Source: a virus
Length of the DNA: 64,000 nucleotides
Reading direction: 5' to 3' (one strand)
Virus record (IMG/VR): IMGVR_UViG_3300045988_146009
Coordinates: 1 to 64,000 of that record
Part shown: positions 55,997 to 64,000 of the stretch, piece by piece
Layout of the letters: each line of letters begins with the position of its first letter
How positions within the stretch are numbered: the first letter of the stretch is position 1
Notes under the pieces: model-generated
What the model was told of the DNA's origin: nothing
The model's input: only the letters and a program-made list of their open reading frames with translations
Database searches by the model: none
Position numbers and translations under genes: made by a program

Positions 55997-56638
55997 ATGT
56001 CTGAACCAATCGACGTAATCGAACAAAGCGTAGAGATGTGGACTCCACCCCCACTGCTTGAACAGCAACTTGAGTTAGCCGCAAAGGCTGGACGAGTATG
56101 TTACCAAAGTGAAGGTAAAACCCCCAAGGAAGAATTTTTACGCCGCATTATTAAGATGGGACATGAGAGCGTACTTGAACACGCTTCCGTCACTTTCTCT
56201 ATCATCACGAACAGGGCAGTAACTCACCAGCTTGTTCGCCATCGTATCGGCGTAGCATATAGCCAGGAAAGCCAGCGTTACTGCAACTACCAGGGGAAGC
56301 TACAGGTTATCCGACCTTCCGAACCTATGGACAAGAATGCCTATTTGGATTGGGAATACTCCATGAAGACGTGCGCTCAAACCTATAATTGGCTGGTATG
56401 CAAGGACAATGAGTACCGAGTTAAGCCGGAGGTAGCCCGCGGTGTTCTCCCCAACGATACCAAAACACAGGTTGTCGTGACCTTCAACATCCGTTCACTT
56501 CGTCACTTCCTAACTCTCCGTCTGGATACTCATGCCCAGCACGCCATCCGGGACATCGCCAGTAAAATCTACAAGCTAATAGACTTGCATGGCTTTGGTT
56601 ATCTGCTCGAAGGAATTAACACCAAGGGATTAATCTAA
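55997..56638 (+). CDS. thyX: Flavin-dependent thymidylate synthase ThyX. The ORF track starts at a TTG at 55943; the ATG at 55997 is preferred.
   Basis: ThyX signature RHR-x7-8-S is present as LVRHRIGVAYSQESQRY. Confidence 0.8.
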   Translation: MSEPIDVIEQSVEMWTPPPLLEQQLELAAKAGRVCYQSEGKTPKEEFLRRIIKMGHESVLEHASVTFSIITNRAVTHQLVRHRIGVAYSQESQRYCNYQGKLQVIRPSEPMDKNAYLDWEYSMKTCAQTYNWLVCKDNEYRVKPEVARGVLPNDTKTQVVVTFNIRSLRHFLTLRLDTHAQHAIRDIASKIYKLIDLHGFGYLLEGINTKGLI

Positions 56639-57360
56639 TGAAGAAAGAACAACACACAGTAAAGCTCGTTGCTGAACTACAGAAGGCATACGATTACTTT
56701 AATGAACACCTTTTCAAGGACGAACTCCCTGATTGCATCATGGGGTTGTGCAATGCAAATAAAAGAACCTTGGGATATTACCACCGTAGTCAATACCTGA
56801 CTACGGAAGGAGCTATCAAAGTAGATAAGATTTCCTTAAACCCCTCATACTTTGTATCCCAAGGTGTTAAAAAAGTCATGGGGACTCTCGTCCATGAGAT
56901 GTGCCACCTTTGGCGTGAAAGGATGTGTGACAAGCCATCTCGGGGTGGGTATCATGACCGTAAATGGGGGAGCAAGATGAAAGAGGTAGGGTTGTACCCT
57001 TCCAATACCGGGGAAGAAGGTGGAAAAGAAACAGGGAATCAGATGACCCACTACATTATTGTGGATGGTCCTTTTGATAAAGCCTTCAAGGAGCTTAAGG
57101 AAGAGCACAATATAACTCTTCCCTATATTCACAAGACCCAACTGGGCTTCCTCAATGGAGTCAACAATCCCATGCTCAAAGAGAATCCTGAACTTCTGGA
57201 AGCTATTGAGAGGGAAAATCCTTTTGGAAGCATCTCCAAGAACCGTTCCAACCGGGTCAAGTACATTTGCCCTGTATGCAACTCCAAAGTATGGGGAAAG
57301 AAAGAGCTCTATATTGTATGTGGGGCCTGCAAAGTAACTATGGACCCGGATGATAATTAG
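56638..57360 (+). CDS. SprT-like zinc metallopeptidase domain protein with a C-terminal zinc ribbon
   Basis: HExxH present as LVHEMCHLWRE. C-terminal CPVCNSKVWGKKELYIVCGACKV. Confidence 0.7.
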   Translation: MKKEQHTVKLVAELQKAYDYFNEHLFKDELPDCIMGLCNANKRTLGYYHRSQYLTTEGAIKVDKISLNPSYFVSQGVKKVMGTLVHEMCHLWRERMCDKPSRGGYHDRKWGSKMKEVGLYPSNTGEEGGKETGNQMTHYIIVDGPFDKAFKELKEEHNITLPYIHKTQLGFLNGVNNPMLKENPELLEAIERENPFGSISKNRSNRVKYICPVCNSKVWGKKELYIVCGACKVTMDPDDN

Positions 57361-57397
57361 CATTGACACGCACATAACCATATACTAAACTACATAG

Positions 57398-57775
57398 ATG
57401 GAAAACGAAAATCAAAAGAGCCTTGCCGAAACCTTGTATTACGCCGCTGGCAATACCTCTCCCTATGATAAAGCAACCTATGAACAACAGCGTCCCTTCA
57501 TTCATCAAGCAACCTATATTCATGCCCATAAAGATGAAATTGCCGCAGAAGTTCTCGGTGAAACCATCTCCCGATTTGGAGCCAACAACAAAGTAGTTGA
57601 AGTGGTAAAGGGCATTATCATTGCTGGGCTTGGTGTAGCCGCGGCTCTCGGATTACAGGGTTGCACCACCACCTCTTTTTCCTATGATGCTGATACCGGA
57701 CTTTTCTCTGTGTATGGCTCTAGCCAGGAAGTAGAACAGACGGATGTTCCTCCGGCTGTCCAGGAATCCCATTAA
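57398..57775 (+). CDS. Hypothetical protein (125 aa) with an internal lipoprotein-signal-like segment
   Basis: GIIIAGLGVAAALGLQGC lies at aa 70-87. A GTG at 57602 would give MVKGIIIAGLGVAAALGLQGC, a textbook lipoprotein signal with lipobox LQGC. Confidence 0.45.
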   Translation: MENENQKSLAETLYYAAGNTSPYDKATYEQQRPFIHQATYIHAHKDEIAAEVLGETISRFGANNKVVEVVKGIIIAGLGVAAALGLQGCTTTSFSYDADTGLFSVYGSSQEVEQTDVPPAVQESH

Positions 57776-58811
57776 CATGTTAGAGGACAAACAACCACTT
57801 AGCGAGAGGACGGGGGAAGTTATTCCCCCTCCTCTTCATACCCTCCCACCTCTTCCTGAATTAAATACAGAAGGGGTAAATTGGCCTGGAATTCAATCCC
57901 CGTTCTATGGGAATGAAGGAATCCAGACCGAACCCCCTTTTATTGATTCTGACATTCCATCCCTCCGTAATAATCCGGGGCATTACTTCCAGGTATTTTA
58001 TGACCCCGAGGAAGATGGAACATGGCCCCAACTTCGTTTTACTCAGGGACTTATCATTGATGGGAACGAAAAATTCACCATAGGTTCCCAGCCGTATAGT
58101 AGCCCCAGGGGGAACCCTGTAACAGGATGTTCTTCTGGTTCAAACCCCTCCAATAAAAAAGTTTGGCTAAACGTACTAAGTGACCGAAGTGCTTCTACTG
58201 TAAGTCTGGACGAAGATACAAGCTCCGACTATAGCTTTGAGATTGCCAGGATTGATGACAACGGGAACCTGCAACAGTTGCACGATGGTGCTCTCGTTAT
58301 CGGAGGGGGCGGAGGAGGCTCTTTCCCATTCCGAGTAACTACCCGCCGCCAGCAGAATCCCGTCACTCAGGCTTGGGAAACATTCGCTGTAGTAGATAAG
58401 GGGGGATTCCGGGATACTAAGAGGACTACTGTTCCGCTCACCCAATTTGGGACTACGGGGAAGGTAGAAATACCTATCGTTACTACCGGAACTTTACCTG
58501 TCCAACTGGAATGGAATTACACATGGCCCTATGCCCCCATTACGGGCGCAACGGTCGTTGTGGACGATTCGCCCTGGGATGGCAAAACGGTCGTTACGCC
58601 CATTACGAGCGGTACGGGAACCGGGAAAAGCAAATGTGTTCTGGCCCTGCTCGAAGTAACCGCTAACCCGCAAGGTGGATTTGATGCCACTGTTAAATCC
58701 CAGCTTGTAACCACGGGCCTCAGAGCGATGTGGTATTCTGCTTACGTGGATGATATCTCTGGCCAGATGGGACAGTATGCAGAAGTTTCAATAACTAATC
58801 CAGATGCCTAG
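57744..58811 (+). CDS. Hypothetical virion/tail protein (355 aa)
   Basis: ORF only. Confidence 0.6.
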   Translation: MFLRLSRNPINMLEDKQPLSERTGEVIPPPLHTLPPLPELNTEGVNWPGIQSPFYGNEGIQTEPPFIDSDIPSLRNNPGHYFQVFYDPEEDGTWPQLRFTQGLIIDGNEKFTIGSQPYSSPRGNPVTGCSSGSNPSNKKVWLNVLSDRSASTVSLDEDTSSDYSFEIARIDDNGNLQQLHDGALVIGGGGGGSFPFRVTTRRQQNPVTQAWETFAVVDKGGFRDTKRTTVPLTQFGTTGKVEIPIVTTGTLPVQLEWNYTWPYAPITGATVVVDDSPWDGKTVVTPITSGTGTGKSKCVLALLEVTANPQGGFDATVKSQLVTTGLRAMWYSAYVDDISGQMGQYAEVSITNPDA

Positions 58812-59619
58812 TCTATTAACCTTTCCTGAACCCATTGAGGGAAACTCCGGCAATGAGATTCTTTCTAAATGGTATAATCAGTATGCCTCTCCCCTAACCC
58901 CCGACAACTGGCTATGGTATAATACTGGTGGTCCTACGCTTGAAGGAATGCCTACCCCAGGGGGGATGGCCTGCTCAATTCAGCAAGGGGCCACGTATAG
59001 GCCGGGCGTGAGGTGTTCCAACATAGTAGATGCCTGGAAGATATACAACGCTTTGGGGGATATTAACACACCTGCTCTCGCCGCATCTACTGGTTCTACC
59101 GGATGGAAGACCAATATTAACGCGGAGAAAAGACAAAGAATTTTTAATCCTGATGTTTGGAGTGTGTGGAATCCAGGCTCTCCCCAGCACGTCATGGCAG
59201 GATACGAAATCCCTACTTGGCCTGTTGGGTTTCCCCCGGATGTAACAGGGGACCTAGCCGCTACTCTTGAATCAGACCAGACAGCCGTGCGCTACAACCT
59301 GCTTGGCCCCTGGTACATTGAGAAAGATACAGGTGCAGTATATCTTGATTTTACCATATCCCTTGGGGGAACCTATGCACGAAGGATTCAGAGCCAGATT
59401 CAAACCCTTTTAATTTCCGCTAAACTTGGGAAGACCCAGTATGTCAGGTCCGGAACAAACCCATCATCCGTAAGAGAGATTACCTGGAACACCACTATAG
59501 CTGGTATTCCTGTAGAGTGCCTAGCTACATATTGGTGTTGGAGCCCGATAACTGTACCTGTCCCGGTAATATCACAAGTTGAGAAATGGTTTAAAGGTAT
59601 TCAGTTTGGTTCATTATGA
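58804..59619 (+). CDS. Hypothetical virion/tail protein (271 aa)
   Basis: ORF, translationally coupled to its neighbours. Confidence 0.6.
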   Translation: MPSLLTFPEPIEGNSGNEILSKWYNQYASPLTPDNWLWYNTGGPTLEGMPTPGGMACSIQQGATYRPGVRCSNIVDAWKIYNALGDINTPALAASTGSTGWKTNINAEKRQRIFNPDVWSVWNPGSPQHVMAGYEIPTWPVGFPPDVTGDLAATLESDQTAVRYNLLGPWYIEKDTGAVYLDFTISLGGTYARRIQSQIQTLLISAKLGKTQYVRSGTNPSSVREITWNTTIAGIPVECLATYWCWSPITVPVPVISQVEKWFKGIQFGSL

Positions 59620-60347
59620 CACAACCTGCTCTTGTAAATCCAGACGAAACAGATACAGTAAAACGCATGGAAACGAAAAGCACCGAGGATTGGCTCGACG
59701 GAGACTTCAAAGTATTTGTCCTCGTGGAGTCCTACGTAACACCGCTCTACCCCTCAAGGGACGTGGACCTGCTCCACCTCAGTATTAACTATCTTAGAAA
59801 TATTGGTGTAAAGCAGGAGGATATTGTTATTGTTGGGGATGAACCACAAGCACTCGCATATGGTGAGCAGTATGGAATGAAGACCTACAATACTTTGGAA
59901 TATGATAGGACCAAGCGTAACTTGGAACCTATGGAACGAGCCTATGCGAAGCATGGGGAAGGGAAGAACCTTATTCTCCTCGCTAGTTCTTCCATATGTC
60001 CCTACCGGGAACATAACTTTCTTCGTCAGTTCCAGAATGAAGTATTAGCTAATCCGGATAGCCAGTGCGTCTCCTTCGTGATGGACCCCTATCGTAAGAA
60101 AGATACCTACACGGGAGTTATGGGGTTCAATAAGAAGATGTTGAAGGAGTACTCTCTGGACAATCTTCTGATGGGAATCATCCCTGAAAGAAATGTATAC
60201 CATAACCTGTTCTGCTCATACCGTATTATAACCCCTGACCAGCTTGGGAATGAAGATGTCATCAGAGCCATGACCAATCACGCCTACAATCTTAACATCT
60301 ATGAATCTCCAGTACCCTCTAACTATTCTTACAGCATTCCTCTCTAA
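59616..60347 (+). CDS. Hypothetical protein (243 aa)
   Basis: ORF with 4-nt coupling to the upstream gene. Confidence 0.6.
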   Translation: MTQPALVNPDETDTVKRMETKSTEDWLDGDFKVFVLVESYVTPLYPSRDVDLLHLSINYLRNIGVKQEDIVIVGDEPQALAYGEQYGMKTYNTLEYDRTKRNLEPMERAYAKHGEGKNLILLASSSICPYREHNFLRQFQNEVLANPDSQCVSFVMDPYRKKDTYTGVMGFNKKMLKEYSLDNLLMGIIPERNVYHNLFCSYRIITPDQLGNEDVIRAMTNHAYNLNIYESPVPSNYSYSIPL

Positions 60348-60460
60348 GGACATATTGGATGTAGCAGAAAATCTGAGAGAGTATATTCAAAACCAACCCA
60401 CTAGAAGTTATTCCTATTACCGGGAACAGTGGGAGGAAAGTATCAAACAAAAGGAAAACT

Positions 60461-60691
60461 ATGAAAACTAAAGACCCAACGCGGGAGAAACGGTTCGTAC
60501 ATATCTTGGATGAATTCGTTGAAGTAGACCCCTACATTACTATCCGTTTAAACGTAGGTCCTCATAAAGGAGAACTAAGATATGTCCCTAATCCAGATTA
60601 TTTCCATGCTGAATATATCCAGGAGGGTAGGGAATACAAGAAGAGAAAGAAATACTTACCTAGACAAACCTCTAACCCAAAAACGCTATAA
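60461..60691 (+). CDS. Hypothetical protein (76 aa)
   Basis: ORF only. Confidence 0.4.
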   Translation: MKTKDPTREKRFVHILDEFVEVDPYITIRLNVGPHKGELRYVPNPDYFHAEYIQEGREYKKRKKYLPRQTSNPKTL

Positions 60692-60713
60692 CCTCTTAGA
60701 ACTTATTAGAACC

Positions 60714-61169
60714 ATGGAAAAAGAAAACAAACAATATGTCGAAGCCATCACGAAAGAAATCCGTTATCCCTACGGTCCCGGTATCCAGAAACTCGACGAC
60801 GGGTCGTTCAAAATCACTGTATGTCGTTCTGAATGTAGGGCTGTTGCTAAGGCTGATAACCTTGAAGTGGCTAAGGCCATCCAAGACAAACTGAAAACTG
60901 ATTCAGGATATTTCCTTTCTTGCGTATCTAGTATTCTCCACAAGGAGGTTACGAAGATTCGGAACCAGGATATTGAATCCAAGTCAGCCTCCATTATACG
61001 ATTGGTCAATGAGATTATGGGACTTGTGGAAGAAGGGAGGATGCTATTTCAACAAGCTGTGTCCCAAGGCATTGAGGGAGACGTTCTCACCCGAGCCTAT
61101 TCGGGGCTTGCTGAGTTATATCCCGGGAATCCGGAAGTACCCCTTCTCCATCTAATCTCTGAGGATTAA
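60714..61169 (+). CDS. Hypothetical protein. The ORF track gives 60582..61169; the start at MEKENKQ (60714) is preferred to avoid overlap with the 60461..60691 ORF.
   Basis: ORF only. Confidence 0.5.
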   Translation: MEKENKQYVEAITKEIRYPYGPGIQKLDDGSFKITVCRSECRAVAKADNLEVAKAIQDKLKTDSGYFLSCVSSILHKEVTKIRNQDIESKSASIIRLVNEIMGLVEEGRMLFQQAVSQGIEGDVLTRAYSGLAELYPGNPEVPLLHLISED

Positions 61170-61206
61170 TCTTGTCATACCGTACTAAACGTACTACACT
61201 TTCGAT

Positions 61207-61683
61207 ATGGACTGGAACAACCTATATTATGATGCAGGACGGAACTCGTGGATTACCCAGCAACAAGCTAGCTGGCCTTCCGTCTCCGTCCCTCCTCCGG
61301 CTGTAGTAGCCGATGCAAGCCTAATCCTTTCTTCCCCGGACGTTACTCAAGCTTTAACCATCACTGTTAAGAATGTTCCTACAGGTGGGAGTGTGTCAAC
61401 CCCTGCTGTCTTCGATATAGCCATGGTGAGTAAAAATGGAGAGGTAGTTTATAATAGTCAGAAACCCTTTAAAGTAGATATGAGCGGAAATACTTATACT
61501 GTTTCAGGAGCTTTCTCACTTATTGATTCTTACCCCACTATCATCTCCATTCTTGAAGATTACCCCTACATTGATGTAGACATGACCTTAAAGGATACCA
61601 CCAACTTTAAATTCATAACCTCCCCTGTTCGTGTACGAATCTACAATGAACTCTCTAATGTAAAGAAGCCCTATGGAAACTAA
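61207..61683 (+). CDS. Hypothetical protein (158 aa)
   Basis: ORF only. Confidence 0.55.
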   Translation: MDWNNLYYDAGRNSWITQQQASWPSVSVPPPAVVADASLILSSPDVTQALTITVKNVPTGGSVSTPAVFDIAMVSKNGEVVYNSQKPFKVDMSGNTYTVSGAFSLIDSYPTIISILEDYPYIDVDMTLKDTTNFKFITSPVRVRIYNELSNVKKPYGN

Positions 61684-62101
61684 TATGGAAACAGATTTAT
61701 TTGATACCTATTTCTCTGGAAAGACCCTCAATCTTCGTGCCCTATATGAAGTGAGGAATGCTATTCGGCTTTCCCATTATGGAACCAAATCGGGATTCCA
61801 TCACCTCAAGTACGACAAGGTAACGAAGATTGTTGATGATTACCTGGACAAGTATGTTGAGGCCACCATCGGTCTCGATGGGACCACTGCGAACTTGGTG
61901 TACGAAGACCTGGAAACGAACCCCTTTGGTACGATAAGTCCGAATAGTACGGAAAGAGCTAAGGAACAATTCGAAAACGCAATCACCTTCTTCAAGAAAA
62001 CTCTGGAAGAACACAGTTCCCACCGTGTCCAGCGAACTATCATTGAGAGCTTTGAAGAGGATATGGAACCATACATTGGTGTAACTGACCAGTATGTCTA
62101 A
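61673..62101 (+). CDS. Hypothetical protein (142 aa)
   Basis: ORF only. Confidence 0.55.
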   Translation: METNMETDLFDTYFSGKTLNLRALYEVRNAIRLSHYGTKSGFHHLKYDKVTKIVDDYLDKYVEATIGLDGTTANLVYEDLETNPFGTISPNSTERAKEQFENAITFFKKTLEEHSSHRVQRTIIESFEEDMEPYIGVTDQYV

Positions 62102-62597
62102 TATTGTCTATCCCCCTGCTAATGGAATTGGCATCTGCTCCAATACCCCTTCTCTAACTAAAAGCATCTTGAGGCATCATGTTCCCCAGCTAACCAAGAA
62201 AGCTCACAAGGAAGAAGATGCTTGGTTCTACATGTGGTACTACCGGGAAGGTCTTTACCTTCCTTTCGGCATTGCTCTTGAATCCATGAGGATTGGGATG
62301 GCCGCAAGGTTTGGTGGTATGGAACCGGGGTGGCTTGTCGTAACCACTGAAAAAGACGAAGATGAAGACGAGCCGGAAGCATGGGAAGGAAGGGAAGCTA
62401 CGGGAGGAAAGGGAGACGACTGGTGTTTCCGTTATATGATTCCCTGTGAGAATCCCCCTGCTGATACCCCAAGCTTCATAATCCAGGGCTTGAGGTATAT
62501 CATCGAAGAGGAATCTGAATTTTTCCCCGACTACAAACACCTCATGGATTTAAAATGGGAGATTGCTGAATGCACTCCCTACAACCAAACACAATAA
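62094..62597 (+). CDS. Hypothetical protein (167 aa)
   Basis: ORF only. Confidence 0.55.
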   Translation: MSNIVYPPANGIGICSNTPSLTKSILRHHVPQLTKKAHKEEDAWFYMWYYREGLYLPFGIALESMRIGMAARFGGMEPGWLVVTTEKDEDEDEPEAWEGREATGGKGDDWCFRYMIPCENPPADTPSFIIQGLRYIIEEESEFFPDYKHLMDLKWEIAECTPYNQTQ

Positions 62598-63401
62598 ATG
62601 ACCTTATCTGAACTAACAAAGCTTATTCAAAAGCACGTAGGCGTAACTGCTGATGGCATTTACGGGAAGAACACCGCCTCCGCTGTTATCCAGTCCCTTG
62701 GGATTGAGCAGGAGGAGCCCAAGGAAGAAGCTAAGGAATACCCTTCTGCGTATAGTCTTGAGCCAAAAGACATGAAGGATGATTGGGAACTACTGACCCA
62801 GTGCATGATTCTCAATATCGTCAATTTGGAAGACCCCAAGTGCGTCGACCCGGAGACCATCCGAGTGACCAAGCTCCCCGCGGCGGACCGCGGTGGAGAT
62901 TGGGAAGTAGCTGGATTGAGCGATGGGTTTGAGCTGGGTATCGTAAACAACATCAGAAATCTTATCAACAAGGGAAACAAGATACAGGCATGGCATGAAA
63001 TGATTCGGGCCATTGATGGCAAGTCTTTATCTCCCAAAGTGGCTGATGTTATGAGGGCTCTGGATATTCCTGCTATCGAATACCGTTGCCGTTCCTTTGG
63101 ATTTAATGCTGGATTGAGTGCGGCTATTAAGTGCCTACAGCGAGCCCTTGTATTTGTTTCAGGAATATCCATGGTGATTGATGGGAAGTGGGGACCGGAC
63201 ACACGTCAGTTCCTTGTCTCATACACCACCCTGGATTCCGAGAAGAAAAGACTCCTTGCACAATACAATCTTGAAATCCAGAAATACTATAAGTCCCTCA
63301 AGCAATACAAGGATGGGACCTTCGCTAAGGGTTGGACCCGGAGGTGGACAGAAGACGAGAGAGTTGCTAATAAATTTCTTGACTTAGGGCCTATTAAATA
63401 A
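62598..63401 (+). CDS. Protein with two peptidoglycan-binding-like repeats (putative endolysin or cell-wall-binding protein)
   Basis: VGVTADGIYGKNTASAVIQSLGI and ISMVIDGKWGPDTRQFLVSY resemble the PG_binding_1 consensus. No catalytic domain was recognised. Confidence 0.55.
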   Translation: MTLSELTKLIQKHVGVTADGIYGKNTASAVIQSLGIEQEEPKEEAKEYPSAYSLEPKDMKDDWELLTQCMILNIVNLEDPKCVDPETIRVTKLPAADRGGDWEVAGLSDGFELGIVNNIRNLINKGNKIQAWHEMIRAIDGKSLSPKVADVMRALDIPAIEYRCRSFGFNAGLSAAIKCLQRALVFVSGISMVIDGKWGPDTRQFLVSYTTLDSEKKRLLAQYNLEIQKYYKSLKQYKDGTFAKGWTRRWTEDERVANKFLDLGPIK

Positions 63402-63498
63402 TATATTGAGGGTAGCCAATTTCCCCTCCTTTCTCTACAACCATGAGGGCGTACTCTAAACACTGGGTACGCCCTCATTTTGTTTACTCTTCTATGTT

Positions 63499-63795
63499 AT
63501 GTGTCAGTTCAATCTATACACCCTAGCTCAGGCTAGTCCACAGGGTCTTTCCCTGTATGACAAAATACTTTCCGAGGCCACCCCGTTCGCGGCGGTTGTC
63601 CTCGTCGCTGTCGTATTAGGTATCCGATTAGCATACAAGTATTTGTCTCAGCGTATGCAACAGACACTAAAGAAGGATGAACAGTTTATTGAATTGACAA
63701 AAGAATCTCTCAATGCTATACACGAAGTAGGGGAGGGCCTCAACAACCTTAATCGGAAACTGGATTACCTGCTCCGTTCCAAGCGTGAAAATTAA
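63499..63795 (+). CDS. Single-TM protein with a coiled-coil tail (holin- or i-spanin-like), 98 aa
   Basis: TM segment FAAVVLVAVVLGIRLAYKYL, then a charged helical tail. It follows the PG-binding gene. Confidence 0.5.
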   Translation: MCQFNLYTLAQASPQGLSLYDKILSEATPFAAVVLVAVVLGIRLAYKYLSQRMQQTLKKDEQFIELTKESLNAIHEVGEGLNNLNRKLDYLLRSKREN

Positions 63796-63806
63796 CTCGA
63801 CTCATT

Positions 63807-64000
63807 ATGAAATCACTAATCTCCAAGGTTTTAAAACGCGAAAACGCTTTAACAGAAGCGGCTAGTAGCCTCGTTAGAAAATACAGAGAGGAGACCCATC
63901 AGATTCGGAATCGAGCAAGAACTTTTTGTGTCATCCCTTTTTGGAACATGCACAATCACATGGATATGCTAACCGAATTACCCCAAGGGGAATGGGTTAC
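63807..64000 (+). CDS. Partial ORF running off the window end (MKSLISKVLKRENALTEAASSLV...)
   Basis: Open frame with an ATG at 63807 and no stop before the end of the window. Confidence 0.35.
   Translation, partial: MKSLISKVLKRENALTEAASSLVRKYREETHQIRNRARTFCVIPFWNMHNHMDMLTELPQGEWV

Overview
The window is a near-contiguous segment of a tailed dsDNA bacteriophage genome, with no cellular housekeeping genes, rRNA, tRNA or CRISPR array. Gene content falls into four blocks.

- **Bases 1-11,100 (+ strand):** a 9-bp tandem repeat at the window edge, a small ORF, then a giant 3284-aa ORF (507..10361) that carries an internal HExxH zincin-like motif.
- **Bases 11,160-25,790 (- strand):** about 35 small ORFs, mostly AT-rich and mostly unknown. 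They include a GNAT acetyltransferase, an HNH homing endonuclease, a DUF3310-like HPSHY protein, small membrane and secreted proteins, and a tandem array of paralogous ~110-aa proteins. The block carries a shared set of intergenic motifs: GTATGACACAA, GAGCAGGG, the palindrome GTTCCACGTGGAAC, and conserved 5' leaders.
- **Bases 25,790-28,280:** a 2.5-kb non-coding control region with nested direct and inverted iteron-like repeats and a ~155-bp A+T-rich tract. It lies immediately upstream of a primase-polymerase/SF3-helicase gene and is a candidate replication origin and divergent promoter hub.
- **Bases 28,282-64,000 (+ strand):** a replication/recombination module, then a packaging/head/tail/lysis module.
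  - Replication/recombination: AEP primase fused to an SF3 helicase, a zinc-ribbon mini-protein array, a compact family-A DNA polymerase, a second HNH endonuclease, an SF2 DEXH helicase, a Cas4-like PD-(D/E)xK nuclease, and a RuvC-like resolvase.
  - Late module: large terminase, putative portal, scaffold and major capsid proteins, Ig-like repeat tail proteins, a tail fibre, a ThyX + SprT-like cassette inserted among the tail genes, and a peptidoglycan-binding protein plus a single-TM protein (putative lysis).

No Shine-Dalgarno sequences are visible upstream of genes, yet two good sigma70-like TTGACT-N16/17-TAnAAT promoters are present, so the host is not assigned. Long ORFs antisense to GC3-rich genes are treated as artefacts. 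All product calls rest on motifs read by eye; none is database-verified.
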